Virus record (IMG/VR): IMGVR_UViG_3300012953_000042
Span: 1 to 53,279 of that record
Strand: one strand, 5' to 3'
DNA length: 53,279 nt
Source of the DNA: a virus
Lineage: Duplodnaviria > Caudoviricetes
Positions 30,155-40,250 of this stretch are shown piece by piece. The position numbers and the translations under genes are program-made. The notes below the pieces were generated by a model, which was not told where the DNA came from, made no database searches, and was given only the letters and a program-made list of their open reading frames with translations. Each line of letters begins with the position of its first letter. Position 1 is the stretch's first letter.

Positions 30155-30958
30155 CTAACCCTCCCTGACATCGTAATGATATCCAGCAATAGAATATAGA
30201 TCATTATCACCTGGATAATCTGCTGGAGTTGAACCTTCATACTCTACATGAAGTTTTTCTCCTATTCTATTTGCCCAAATATGATAGCAACAATTAATTG
30301 CTGTACCATTTCCAGACTTTATTATTATTCTTCTACCCTGTATAATCTTATCCACTATTAGATCTTGTGAAGTAGCAATCTGTGTGAGTTGTACTGTGAT
30401 AGATGCAGGATCAACTAGTCCATTCCAGTATTGTGGTAAGTCAATATGATTTTGGTTCCTTAACACTCCACGAATATAAACAGCAGACTCTGGGCCTTCT
30501 ACACAATTATGTCTGAGTCTATGGTTAGGTTTATTAGGATGAGGAATATCAAAACTTTTATTACCAGTACATCTTCCTATCACTATAGGAATGATTGCAG
30601 GTTTAGTTACTATTAATCTTCTATTAATCTCAAGAGAAGTTGATATGTTTACACCGTTTGTAATCTTAGTTCCATTAAAAAATGATGCTCCAGTACAAGT
30701 ATATAAACCAATCTGATTAGTATTACCAAGGAAGTTTGATATACCAATGACTTCTAAAGATGCAGGTAAAGAAAGTCCCATTGCAGGGCCTATCATAACA
30801 GCTGCTCTTGCTGCACCTACTGCTCCAGGAAGACCAAGAAAAGTTACTCCTGAATTAGTAATGATTCCAGTGTTAACTAGATTACTAATAGTTGCTGTAG
30901 AATTATCAAATAATCCTAGTTTTATTTTACCAAATTGTCCAAGTGATTGTCTACTCAT
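30155..30958 (-). CDS. Spike/fibre-like protein with a C-terminal chaperone-like domain
   Basis: Likely start 30958 (MSRQSLG) with GAGGAGG RBS; KSFDIPHP...RLRHNCVEGPESAVYIRG motif typical of fibre C-termini. Confidence 0.65.
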   Translation of the reverse strand: MSRQSLGQFGKIKLGLFDNSTATISNLVNTGIITNSGVTFLGLPGAVGAARAAVMIGPAMGLSLPASLEVIGISNFLGNTNQIGLYTCTGASFFNGTKITNGVNISTSLEINRRLIVTKPAIIPIVIGRCTGNKSFDIPHPNKPNHRLRHNCVEGPESAVYIRGVLRNQNHIDLPQYWNGLVDPASITVQLTQIATSQDLIVDKIIQGRRIIIKSGNGTAINCCYHIWANRIGEKLHVEYEGSTPADYPGDNDLYSIAGYHYDVREG

Positions 30959-30968
30959 TAATACCTCC

Positions 30969-31577
30969 TCAACTAAACAATGCTGCCATCTTCTTGACCT
31001 TATCAATAAACTGAAGAACAGTACCAGGACCGATCTCAAGTTCTGTTCCATCTGATATCTCTACATCAGACATATGAGAGTATATAGATGTATGTCCACC
31101 AATACATTGAAGATCTAGTATACCAATTAGACTCGTTGTCTCACCTTCTATCTTAATAGTAGGAGACTTTTGAAAAATAGTTTTCTTTGCAGTAAGACTA
31201 ATCTGTCCTTCACTATCATTAGTGTTTATTATAACATCATTACCTTCCAAAATCAAATTACCACTGTCTGCTTTGATATAAACATCTCCATTCTTTGATT
31301 CTATCAAAATACCAATGTCTTTTTTCTTAGCATCATGTCCAGAATAAAGTTCAAAAGATTTGTTAGATGATACCTTACAGTTTCCTTGTCTATAAAAATG
31401 AATTCCCTGTTGCAAGTCAGTGTTCAATTGAAATTCTGCTAGTCCATGTGCTGCTGTCTCAACGTTAGATGCAATTTCAAATCCTGGTCTATTCATACGA
31501 AAGTATTCCTTGACCTTATAGTCAACAGCAGAGTCTATTATTTCTTGTACTTCTTCCTTACTAATACCTTCTGCCAT
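30969..31577 (-). CDS. gp5 C-terminal/needle-like baseplate hub protein
   Basis: Short beta-strand repeats (ILIESKNGDVYIKADSGNLILEGNDVII); coupled to gp5. Confidence 0.55.
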   Translation of the reverse strand: MAEGISKEEVQEIIDSAVDYKVKEYFRMNRPGFEIASNVETAAHGLAEFQLNTDLQQGIHFYRQGNCKVSSNKSFELYSGHDAKKKDIGILIESKNGDVYIKADSGNLILEGNDVIINTNDSEGQISLTAKKTIFQKSPTIKIEGETTSLIGILDLQCIGGHTSIYSHMSDVEISDGTELEIGPGTVLQFIDKVKKMAALFS

Positions 31578-34072
31578 TATCCGTTACTCCTATGATCTTC
31601 TGGAGGACAATCAACAACTGTAGTAATTCCAATTAGTGGTGTTATTCTAGTTGCAGAATCATCTACTACAGATTGTACCACATCTAACATGACTGGCACA
31701 ACATCTGCACCAAGACCAGTATTACTATTAATAACAAGAATAGGTCTCCTATTAAACTCATACTTAAAGTCAGTTGGCACATAAGCATCAACAATAGATC
31801 CATTATTAGTAGTAACACCAACTGGTATAGAAGTAGTTGCTGTTCCAGGATTAACTGGATCAAATATATCAATAGTATCTCCAGAAGTGTATCCAATTCC
31901 TGGTTTTGTTGGAGTAATAGCAGTAACTATACCAACACCTATTCCTTGGCCACAGTATCCAATACCAGCAGCAGTAACTATGACTCTTACTATGGATCCA
32001 TTCTCAATAACTGCTTTTGCTTGAGCACCTTTTCCATAATTTGTCCTATCAATAATTGCAACACTAGTATTTGAATCGTATCCAGATCCACCATCAATAA
32101 CTTCTATTGAGAATATTCTAGTGTCTGCTCCAACTACTGTCTTTAATCTTGCACCATCACCTTCACCATCAACATATGAAGCTGGTGGAATGCATCTACC
32201 ATATTTAAATCCAATTGGCATTTGTATTATATCATCCTGTGTCTGAGGATTATCCATCTTATTGGTACAAGCATTGAATATACTATTTCCATTTCCAAAT
32301 AAAGATATACCAGCAATAGCACTTTCTAAAGATCCCAGTCCTCTTGCAGCATCTTGTGCAGAGTCACCACCTGTTAATGAATCCGTTGTAGCAAGTATAT
32401 CTAACAAACCAGACCCATCAATCTTAGTATCTTCAAGTTCTGATGTATCTCCTCCCTTAATTTTATCTCCAAGACCAATCTTATTAAGTATATTATCAGT
32501 AGTCTGTAACGCATCTTTACCAAATTTATCTAAATTCTTTTGAACCCCTTTAAGATTTCCAATACCATCCAAAGTATCCTGCCAATCATCTGTAGCAACT
32601 TCCAAGGTTTCATTAAAAGATGATGCCCATTTACTTGGTTTCTTACATTTAAGTTCATCACAACCAATGAAAGAAAAGATTTTAGATGCTAAACTACTTG
32701 CCTTACCTAACAATCCAGTGATTGCTCCTAACCCACCAGTCAACCACTGAAGACCATTCACAATAGGACCAGTTAAATCTCCGATAAGATCAAATACCTT
32801 TGCAAAAATACCATCTACCCACTGTTTAGCAGCACAGAAAGGTCCATTGATAGCATTAGCAATCAAATTCTTGAGCATATTTTTAACAAAGTTCAACATC
32901 TGTCCAATTATCTTTTCAAATACACAGAAAAGTAATTGCATTATACCTTTTGCTGCCTTAGTAAATCCTGGTCCTGTAAGCCAATCTGCAGGATTAATTT
33001 TCTTCTGAAGACCTTGAAAGATTGAGAATAAAGAAAGAACTTTCTTAAGTATTTTTGATCTTATCCTATTAATAATACCTTTTACAATTGAATTTACTTT
33101 CTGTGCAACCTTATTGATCTCATCTGTCATATCGACAATCTTATTTTGAATAGGATCAACAAAGTTATTCAATGAACTCTCAAGTCCATTTGTTACAGTA
33201 ATAAAGTCTGTCAGTACCTGTGTTAATTGTCCAACTGCAGTATCATTACATGGATCTGGACGATCTTGTGTCTTTGTTGTCTTATTCTCAAACCCTGCTG
33301 CAGCTGCTGACTGTGTATTAAGTTTCAAATCAGTAGAAGATTCAAATGCATCCTTAGTTGCTTGCGAAAATGTATTAGAACCATCCTTTGCAGTCTTATC
33401 AAGTTGAAATTGATTTAACTCTTGCAGAATATCTGATGTTACAGTAACACCTTCAACATTCTCACCAAGAGATGATGTTAATATCCTACTAATCTGACTA
33501 TCACTTAAATTTTCAAATACTGATCTATTACTATCACTTATTTTGATTACTAATCCTTTATCTGGATCTGAATTTTTTTTAACAGATTTAGTATCTACTA
33601 CTTCTCTCTTAGTATCTGGTACAGATTGCCTAACTTTTTTGGGATGCCCAGTAAATGGTTGGAACTGTGAACTCTTTGCTGCGTCTCCTTCTCCAATACT
33701 ATTTGCTACTGATGCAGTCCTATGCAATAGTCCCATTATAACTGGTTGCTGTGCTTCATCACCATCCAAGAAGAAACCAATAGCAGTTTCTCCTCCAGTA
33801 AGAACTTGGGTATCTCCAAGTCCACCTTGACCACTACCAGTTGTAGCATCCATCATTACATGAGCCCAAGGAAGATCATTTTCTGCTAAATCAGTAGCAT
33901 CCCAAGGATGATAACCAATAATTCTTACCTTACATCTATGAGATTCTTTTCCCTTTGCAGCAAGAGCACGGTTTTCATTAAACCAAACATCAGAATGAGC
34001 GACTCTACCTATCCACCAGGTAAAACCGTCTCTTCCAGCAACAGCAGATTTTAATAAAGACTCATCAATCAT
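31577..34072 (-). CDS. gp5: Baseplate hub subunit gp5-like (N-terminal OB fold)
   Basis: Likely start 34072 (MIDESLL); GRDGFTWWIGRV...RCKVRIIGYHP...LPWAHVM...GETAIGFFLDG...PVIMG. Confidence 0.85.
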   Translation of the reverse strand: MIDESLLKSAVAGRDGFTWWIGRVAHSDVWFNENRALAAKGKESHRCKVRIIGYHPWDATDLAENDLPWAHVMMDATTGSGQGGLGDTQVLTGGETAIGFFLDGDEAQQPVIMGLLHRTASVANSIGEGDAAKSSQFQPFTGHPKKVRQSVPDTKREVVDTKSVKKNSDPDKGLVIKISDSNRSVFENLSDSQISRILTSSLGENVEGVTVTSDILQELNQFQLDKTAKDGSNTFSQATKDAFESSTDLKLNTQSAAAAGFENKTTKTQDRPDPCNDTAVGQLTQVLTDFITVTNGLESSLNNFVDPIQNKIVDMTDEINKVAQKVNSIVKGIINRIRSKILKKVLSLFSIFQGLQKKINPADWLTGPGFTKAAKGIMQLLFCVFEKIIGQMLNFVKNMLKNLIANAINGPFCAAKQWVDGIFAKVFDLIGDLTGPIVNGLQWLTGGLGAITGLLGKASSLASKIFSFIGCDELKCKKPSKWASSFNETLEVATDDWQDTLDGIGNLKGVQKNLDKFGKDALQTTDNILNKIGLGDKIKGGDTSELEDTKIDGSGLLDILATTDSLTGGDSAQDAARGLGSLESAIAGISLFGNGNSIFNACTNKMDNPQTQDDIIQMPIGFKYGRCIPPASYVDGEGDGARLKTVVGADTRIFSIEVIDGGSGYDSNTSVAIIDRTNYGKGAQAKAVIENGSIVRVIVTAAGIGYCGQGIGVGIVTAITPTKPGIGYTSGDTIDIFDPVNPGTATTSIPVGVTTNNGSIVDAYVPTDFKYEFNRRPILVINSNTGLGADVVPVMLDVVQSVVDDSATRITPLIGITTVVDCPPEDHRSNG

Positions 34073-34331
34073 CGTATACTCTACATTCAAATGCATCTGG
34101 ATGATTATCACAATAAATTTCTAGATGCTTATCTTCGTGTCTTGTATGCCAATCATTTATCTTTCCTTCATTTGGAATAACGACATCATCCTTGTGATAC
34201 TCATCATAATATGAGTAAGAAGTTTTTAATTCTTCTTCTGTGTACTCAAGCATTCCATGATTAACATGTTCTTTATGATCCTTTGGATCAATATAAACTT
34301 CATGTTCTAAGTCGTGCTTCTTTTTGGTCAT
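34065..34331 (-). CDS. cp12: CP12 Calvin-cycle regulator (auxiliary metabolic gene)
   Basis: C-terminal LEIYCDNHPDAFECRVYDD is the CP12 C-terminal CxxxPxxxEC motif. Confidence 0.8.
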   Translation of the reverse strand: MTKKKHDLEHEVYIDPKDHKEHVNHGMLEYTEEELKTSYSYYDEYHKDDVVIPNEGKINDWHTRHEDKHLEIYCDNHPDAFECRVYDD

Positions 34332-34339
34332 AAGTCCTC

Positions 34340-35653
34340 CTAGTTTTCAGGTCCGTATAGTCCATAAGAATCTCTCATCAATTTGAGAGATGTTGTGTTT
34401 TGATTGGCAGTAAAGTGGTGTCTCAATTCTCTAATTAAATAGTTACCACTTATCTCTGAATCAAAACCTGTCGAAGATCCACCCCTATCTTTCTTTGGAA
34501 ATTCACAGTAGATGACATCACCTACCTTTAAATCAATATTGAGTGGGACTAAAATATTTATTGCCTGTGTAAACAATAAATTATATCTGGAAAAAGATTT
34601 TGCCATATCAGCATGATCCCTTCCAGAAGTATCTAGTCCTGCACCCTTCTCTAAAGTTCCATGATCAGATACTCTGAACATAACTCTAGAGATTGTGTCA
34701 CCAAATTCAGATACTGGAATGGCATCCTTACCCAGTGTCTTATCTCCAAGTTCCTTCTTTAATGAATACTTGTATCCAGACACCTTATTAGTAATCATAT
34801 CATAAAAATAAGTATAATTGGAATACATTCCAAGTCTTAATGATGCTCTCAAATCAATATTCTTTTCGATAAACCACTTTATAATTTTACCAGCAGTTCC
34901 TTTTGTAATACTCTCATTTATTATACCACTATATGAATACTGATAGATATCTTTCTTCTCAGATTTCCCTTCTGATACTTTCAATGAAGATACTAATCCA
35001 TCAATACTTTTAAAATTAAATCCATCTTTATTCTCATAAAAGAAAAACCCTGCAGTACCTTTTGCCTGTGCATCTTTTCCTTCACCACTTGTACCCTTAG
35101 TACTACTATCAGTTGCAGGTATTGACTTTGGACCTAGAGATAATAATGTGTGGAATGCTTTTTTCATATTACCAATAAAAGCATAAGAATTTGATGTACG
35201 TTCTATAGTAGTATCACTATACCTGTCAGTCTTTAATACATTTTTTAATATAGATTTAACATGTTCATGAATATTTTTCTTCTCATACTTTCTCACACAT
35301 CTATTTGTTTCATTTGTTAAAAATTCTCTTGATACTAAATTTAATGTAAATGATTCTTGTACTCCTTGAGAATCAAGACCACTAACTTTATACACATATA
35401 AATCTTCAAATTCCCATGTACCTCTAGCAGTTTCCAACTCTATATTAACTTTTTCACCACCACGTATAGGTATTATATTACAAAGACTATTATCAGATGT
35501 TAATCTCATTTCCATTGAAATAGCTGGTTCTAAAATATTCTCAAAGTAATCTATACTAAGAATATTAGGAACCAATGACCATTCCTCACCACTTAAAGAC
35601 TCAAGAGTAGCACCTACTAATTGGAGTCCTGATACTTCTGCTGTTACTGTCAT
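34340..35653 (-). CDS. Baseplate hub protein, gp27-like
   Basis: SIDYFENI...PIRGGEKV, FFFYENKDGFNFKSID, SGNYLIRELRH; lies between the tape-measure-like genes and gp5. Confidence 0.7.
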   Translation of the reverse strand: MTVTAEVSGLQLVGATLESLSGEEWSLVPNILSIDYFENILEPAISMEMRLTSDNSLCNIIPIRGGEKVNIELETARGTWEFEDLYVYKVSGLDSQGVQESFTLNLVSREFLTNETNRCVRKYEKKNIHEHVKSILKNVLKTDRYSDTTIERTSNSYAFIGNMKKAFHTLLSLGPKSIPATDSSTKGTSGEGKDAQAKGTAGFFFYENKDGFNFKSIDGLVSSLKVSEGKSEKKDIYQYSYSGIINESITKGTAGKIIKWFIEKNIDLRASLRLGMYSNYTYFYDMITNKVSGYKYSLKKELGDKTLGKDAIPVSEFGDTISRVMFRVSDHGTLEKGAGLDTSGRDHADMAKSFSRYNLLFTQAINILVPLNIDLKVGDVIYCEFPKKDRGGSSTGFDSEISGNYLIRELRHHFTANQNTTSLKLMRDSYGLYGPEN

Positions 35654-37068
35654 TGTGCTAGTTTAGTCATAAGAATATTTGTCCATAAACTATTTACTAT
35701 AGTACTTTCAGGTGGAGTAACCATAGCAACACCACCTCCACCAGAACTCATTGGAACTGGAATCATTCCACTATTCTGTTGTGGTTGAATAGAAGGTTGT
35801 TGTTGTTGCATTATAATAATATTATTACCAGAACCAAATAGTTGATTGTTATTAGACATACTAACAACATGCTTGAATCCAGTTTCAGGAGTTCTTATTC
35901 CTGCTGCTACTGATGGTTCATTAGATTTTTCTGGTGGAGGAACAAACCAATTATAAAATCTCTTAAATGGATTTTGTATTGTTTCTTGAACTACATTATT
36001 ACCCTTCTTATCAAAATCAAACCAACCATGAGTTACCATATCCATAGCACCAAGCGTCATATCAGTTATATTATTTTTTGATTTAACTTGTGTATTTGAA
36101 TTAACAACCATAATATCAGAAGACATTATTTTTTCAAAGTCATCAACACTAAGTTTAAACTTAACAATAGAATCTGGAATAGTAATCTTTGGTTTTTTTG
36201 CTACTACTTTTTCCTTCTTTACATCTCCCTCAACTTCTTCTGTTGTTCCCTTCTCTTGTTTCTTCTTCTCTGATTCATTAAGACCTAAAGGAGTTCCTTC
36301 AAATGCTCCCATATCTCTAGCAATATCTACACCAATTGCAGCCCAACCAAGAACAGGTATAGCACCTGCTAATGATAGCATTCCACCAGTAACATCACCT
36401 TCTGCAAATTCTTGTGCAGCAAATCCTAGACTCAACAAACTTCCAAATCCAGGAACAAATTTTGAAGCCTTTTTACCCACCTTTGCTGCTACTTTAGTTG
36501 TTAATTTTTTAGTAGTTTGTTGTGCTACCTTTTCACTACCTTCTTTTTTTAATATTTTAGCAACTTTTTTATTAAAACCAAGTTTAGATGTAGACTTAGG
36601 TTTAACCTTAATTTTATTAGGTGCTGTAAGTTTTGGTTTAATTTTTACCTTTGGTGTAATCTTTACTTTTGGTTTAATACTACGTGCTTTAAAAAATTTA
36701 CGTGCTGCTATACCACCACCAAGAATACCTGCACCTGCTAATACTTTACCAGGTACTGTATTAACACCTCTCTGTAAAAGTTCTTGTGCTGCACCTGTTG
36801 GACCTTCAGGATGAAGCATCAATGAAGCAATAAAAGTAGTAAGAGCATCAGTCATTCCTGATACAGAAGTTGATAATCCCTCTATTTCTGATTTCTTAGG
36901 TAACTTTACTCTTGTTAATGCCTCATTAGCAGATCCAGTCCAACTTACAAATTTATTAACCTGTGTCTTTGATTTAAAGGTATAGTTTTTAATAGTACCA
37001 AGACTTGGATTGGTTTTTATCTTCCTCGCCTTTCGGAGTATTAAATTTTTAGTTATTACTTGTGCCAT
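35650..37068 (-). CDS. Tape-measure/gp29-like baseplate hub protein
   Basis: Basic, Gly/Ala-rich hydrophobic helices (VPGFGSLLSLGFAAQEFAEGDVTGG..AIPVLGW); synteny. Confidence 0.5.
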   Translation of the reverse strand: MAQVITKNLILRKARKIKTNPSLGTIKNYTFKSKTQVNKFVSWTGSANEALTRVKLPKKSEIEGLSTSVSGMTDALTTFIASLMLHPEGPTGAAQELLQRGVNTVPGKVLAGAGILGGGIAARKFFKARSIKPKVKITPKVKIKPKLTAPNKIKVKPKSTSKLGFNKKVAKILKKEGSEKVAQQTTKKLTTKVAAKVGKKASKFVPGFGSLLSLGFAAQEFAEGDVTGGMLSLAGAIPVLGWAAIGVDIARDMGAFEGTPLGLNESEKKKQEKGTTEEVEGDVKKEKVVAKKPKITIPDSIVKFKLSVDDFEKIMSSDIMVVNSNTQVKSKNNITDMTLGAMDMVTHGWFDFDKKGNNVVQETIQNPFKRFYNWFVPPPEKSNEPSVAAGIRTPETGFKHVVSMSNNNQLFGSGNNIIIMQQQQPSIQPQQNSGMIPVPMSSGGGGVAMVTPPESTIVNSLWTNILMTKLAQ

Positions 37069-37071
37069 ATC

Positions 37072-38241
37072 TTATCCAACAACATTGTAAATCATTTTAC
37101 TTTCAAGGAATCCAAAACTATCAGATTTACTAGAAGATAAAAAAGCAATATCAGTTGCTGCCCCTGATGATGTAGGGACACTAGTATTTTTACTTTGTTG
37201 TCCTCTATTAAGTACATTATTTGCAGCAGATGGAATCACAGTAATATTTGGTTTTGCATTATTATTTACTTCTATATTTCTAATCTTGGTACTAAGATCA
37301 TTTGGTTTAACTTGAATGACAGGTTCTTTTGGAACCCACTCACCAGCATCATTTTTAATATACTCAGGAACTTTAAACTCATAATAGTCACCTGCATTTT
37401 GTTTTAGGTGCTGTTCATGACCTTCATTGATAGATTTAATTCCATCCTTTATTAGATACTTTTCTTCTTCTGATCCAGGAGTAACATCAGACCAGTGTTT
37501 CTTTTTCTTTTCCTCTTCAACAACAGTAGTAACATCTTGTTTCTTTGTTTTTAAAGAAGCAATTACACCTTCAAATTTATCTACAACAGAATTAAATTCA
37601 CTAACAAAATTTGTTTGTATTGATTGTTCGGAAGCGTTAGCATCTCCACCACTCAGTCCAATAAGACCAGCACCAATAGCAACAGGAGCTAACCATTTAT
37701 TTTTCTTAGCAAAGTTCATTAACTTTGGAACTAATCCAGTCTTACTTACAGTTTTCTTAACAAGTTTAGGATTAACTTTACTAACTGCTTTTTCAGTTAC
37801 TTCTTCTGCTACTTCTTTTGTTCCCTTTTTTCCAAAAATTTTTTTCAATCCCAAAGCAGTACCACCAACAGCAGCAGTGCCACCTGCACCACCAATAGCA
37901 CCAGTAGTCATTGCAGCTGCAGGAGACATTCCTCCACCTCCTGCTAATGAAAGTCCCTTCAACGATTCACTAATCTCTTTTATTGCTACAGTTAATACTC
38001 TAGCAACGTCAAATGTTTCTACAAGTGTATCTCTTAATGCACTTACATTTTTCTGTAAAAGTTTTTCCGTCTTGTCTTGTCCAAAAACATTAATAAAATT
38101 TGCAGTAATTGGAGAAGATATATTATCAATCAATGATCCTACATTTCCTTTCTTACCACGAACAAAATTCTTCGCACCAGAAATCAAACCTTCTGATCTA
38201 GAAGCAGAGAAGGAAGGAATAATAGAAGAAGATATTGCCAT
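37072..38241 (-). CDS. Tape-measure/gp29-like baseplate hub protein
   Basis: Gly-rich hydrophobic segments and Lys-rich stretches; immediately after gp51. Confidence 0.5.
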   Translation of the reverse strand: MAISSSIIPSFSASRSEGLISGAKNFVRGKKGNVGSLIDNISSPITANFINVFGQDKTEKLLQKNVSALRDTLVETFDVARVLTVAIKEISESLKGLSLAGGGGMSPAAAMTTGAIGGAGGTAAVGGTALGLKKIFGKKGTKEVAEEVTEKAVSKVNPKLVKKTVSKTGLVPKLMNFAKKNKWLAPVAIGAGLIGLSGGDANASEQSIQTNFVSEFNSVVDKFEGVIASLKTKKQDVTTVVEEEKKKKHWSDVTPGSEEEKYLIKDGIKSINEGHEQHLKQNAGDYYEFKVPEYIKNDAGEWVPKEPVIQVKPNDLSTKIRNIEVNNNAKPNITVIPSAANNVLNRGQQSKNTSVPTSSGAATDIAFLSSSKSDSFGFLESKMIYNVVG

Positions 38242-38418
38242 TTAGTTATTTGTTTGTTGTGCTTTTAAATTCTCTTCTTCAATGTGTTGATTCAATAGTC
38301 CGAGATATATTTCTCTTTCCCAAGGAATCATATTTTCAATCTCAGTTAATGAGTATTTATGGTGTTGTATCAAAGAAAAATTAAGTTTATAGTATGACTC
38401 AAGATCAATATGAGTCAT
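38242..38418 (-). CDS. gp51: Baseplate hub assembly protein gp51 (short cyanophage form; absent from the ORF track)
   Basis: MTHIDLESYYKLNFSLIQHHKYSLTEIENMIPWEREIYLGLLNQHIEEENLKAQQTNN, 58 aa. Confidence 0.85.
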   Translation of the reverse strand: MTHIDLESYYKLNFSLIQHHKYSLTEIENMIPWEREIYLGLLNQHIEEENLKAQQTNN

Positions 38419-38420
38419 AC

Positions 38421-39143
38421 TTACCCGAAAAAACTTGCCAGTCCCTCCAGTACTACCTCACTCTCAACTTTAGTCTTAGGATTCTTTACCTTAAGTTTAT
38501 GAGATAACTTAGGCATAGTATCAAAGAAAGTTTCAATCTGTTTAAATTGATTAGAACTTAAACTCTCGACCCATTCAGTAAGTTCCTTCTTAGTACAATC
38601 GGAAGCTGCCCACACATCATCCTGATCATATACCATATCAATACATGATGCTACTACATCAAATGATTGTTGTACATTGGAAGTCTCTCCACTGAATTCA
38701 AAATTATCTTTAATAAATTCACTGAGTGATGGGTACTTCATCTTAAGAGTAAGTTTTGCATCAAGAGGTATCTCTTGCTTATGCTTCTTATCCTTCTTCA
38801 CTTCTATCTCATCAATATAAACCTTAACAGGAACAGTTGTTTCCTCATCATCAGGACAAGTAACAATTAATTCCAATGCTTCTCCTACTGATTTGCCACG
38901 AACATTTAAAAAGATATATTCAATATCAAATGTAGGAAGATCATCAACCTTAACACCACGAGTAACAATACACTCTTTTAATGTTGTCTTAATTGCATTA
39001 GTAATCTGTTTTATATCCTGACTCTCCAATGCAAGAATCAAAATCTTTTCTTCCCGTACAAGAAACGGTCTGTATTTTATTTTTTTCCCTGATGATGGTA
39101 ATACCAACTCATAAGTAGGGGTAGATATTTTTGGTAAAGGCAT
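38421..39143 (-). CDS. gp26: Baseplate hub subunit gp26
   Basis: MPLPKISTPTYEL.LPS.GK.IKYRPFLVREEKIL...DIEYIFLNVRGKSVGE...LEGLASFF. Confidence 0.9.
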   Translation of the reverse strand: MPLPKISTPTYELVLPSSGKKIKYRPFLVREEKILILALESQDIKQITNAIKTTLKECIVTRGVKVDDLPTFDIEYIFLNVRGKSVGEALELIVTCPDDEETTVPVKVYIDEIEVKKDKKHKQEIPLDAKLTLKMKYPSLSEFIKDNFEFSGETSNVQQSFDVVASCIDMVYDQDDVWAASDCTKKELTEWVESLSSNQFKQIETFFDTMPKLSHKLKVKNPKTKVESEVVLEGLASFFG

Positions 39144-39174
39144 AATATTTTATTCAGTATTTTATATAGGGGGG

Positions 39175-40215
39175 TTAAACAGGTCCAGCACCATATGCAT
39201 CATATTGCACTTCAGTTTTAAAACCTTTTAAATCATTTGTAAGACTAGAATTCTTTGATGTTATACCAAAAGATCCTGCAGGAAATGTATCTCCATATAC
39301 ATTATTGTTGCTGTTTACTAATTTTTGTGTTTCACTTACACTTTTAGTCTCAATATTTGAATCCGCAACATCTCCACTAGTTTCATCAAATTTTAGAGAA
39401 GGTGGAAGGTATCTATTCACCCTATAGTTTTTATTCTTTCCAGTGTTAGTAGTACTACCATAAGCAGAAGTCTTATTACCATTACCTTTGTGAGTAATGT
39501 ATCTAGTGTATCCAAATACAACTGTTACTTTAGTGACATTACTACCATCATATGTTACTGGTACTGCAGTAACTTGTTTGGGGAATGCATCTATTAATTG
39601 ATATGATATCATCTGTTGTGCTATCTGACCATCTTGCATCTGATTTGGATTCTTCCAAAAGTCTCTTTCAAATTTTGTAACTGCTATCGTTCTTTTATAT
39701 TTTCCAGGATACTTCATCCTATAGTAAGAATTATGATCCGTAAATCCTATTTGTGCATCCGATCCACCAATATATCTTCCATCGTTATTATACAACGGAT
39801 TAATATAATTCATCCACTCTTCAAATAAACGAAGAAGATTGTAATCTTTATCAATATAATAACTTACTTCAAAGTCAGGAAAGATTCTTCTAGTAGCATT
39901 ATACTCAAGTATTCCTTGATATGCTCCAGGTTGTTCTGTCATATCAAAGTTTGCTCCTGGAAGTATAGCTTCCGAAGCAAAGAAGTCATAACTATAACTA
40001 CTCGCAGAATACTCATCAAATATACCACACCGTGTCAGATGTCCATCTAAGTTATCAGCATTTCTATTATTTCGATTGAGAAATAATGATACTTTAAATT
40101 GACTGCTAAGAGACAGACCTTTATATAAATCCCTTATTGACGGTAAAGAACCCCTTCCATCATCAGTATTTCTGGGGTTAGTTATCCTCGCATATAGTGG
40201 TGCAATTTGTGCCAT
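39175..40215 (-). CDS. gp54: Baseplate-tail tube initiator, gp54-like (tube fold)
   Basis: LFEEWMNYI and LIDAFPKQVTAVPVTYDGSNVTKVTVVFGY gp19/gp54-family motifs. Confidence 0.65.
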   Translation of the reverse strand: MAQIAPLYARITNPRNTDDGRGSLPSIRDLYKGLSLSSQFKVSLFLNRNNRNADNLDGHLTRCGIFDEYSASSYSYDFFASEAILPGANFDMTEQPGAYQGILEYNATRRIFPDFEVSYYIDKDYNLLRLFEEWMNYINPLYNNDGRYIGGSDAQIGFTDHNSYYRMKYPGKYKRTIAVTKFERDFWKNPNQMQDGQIAQQMISYQLIDAFPKQVTAVPVTYDGSNVTKVTVVFGYTRYITHKGNGNKTSAYGSTTNTGKNKNYRVNRYLPPSLKFDETSGDVADSNIETKSVSETQKLVNSNNNVYGDTFPAGSFGITSKNSSLTNDLKGFKTEVQYDAYGAGPV

Positions 40216-40222
40216 CTAAATA
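40216..40222 (+). promoter_or_regulatory. Late promoter CTAAATA
   Basis: Upstream of the gp4-gp2-gp48-gp53 operon. Confidence 0.55.
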
Positions 40223-40250
40223 TTGTTTAAATAGTTATCCTATACTATGT

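Noticed and set aside
37427-38245. 272-aa plus-strand ORF
   Set aside because: Almost exactly antisense to the 389-aa gene, with no RBS or recognisable motif
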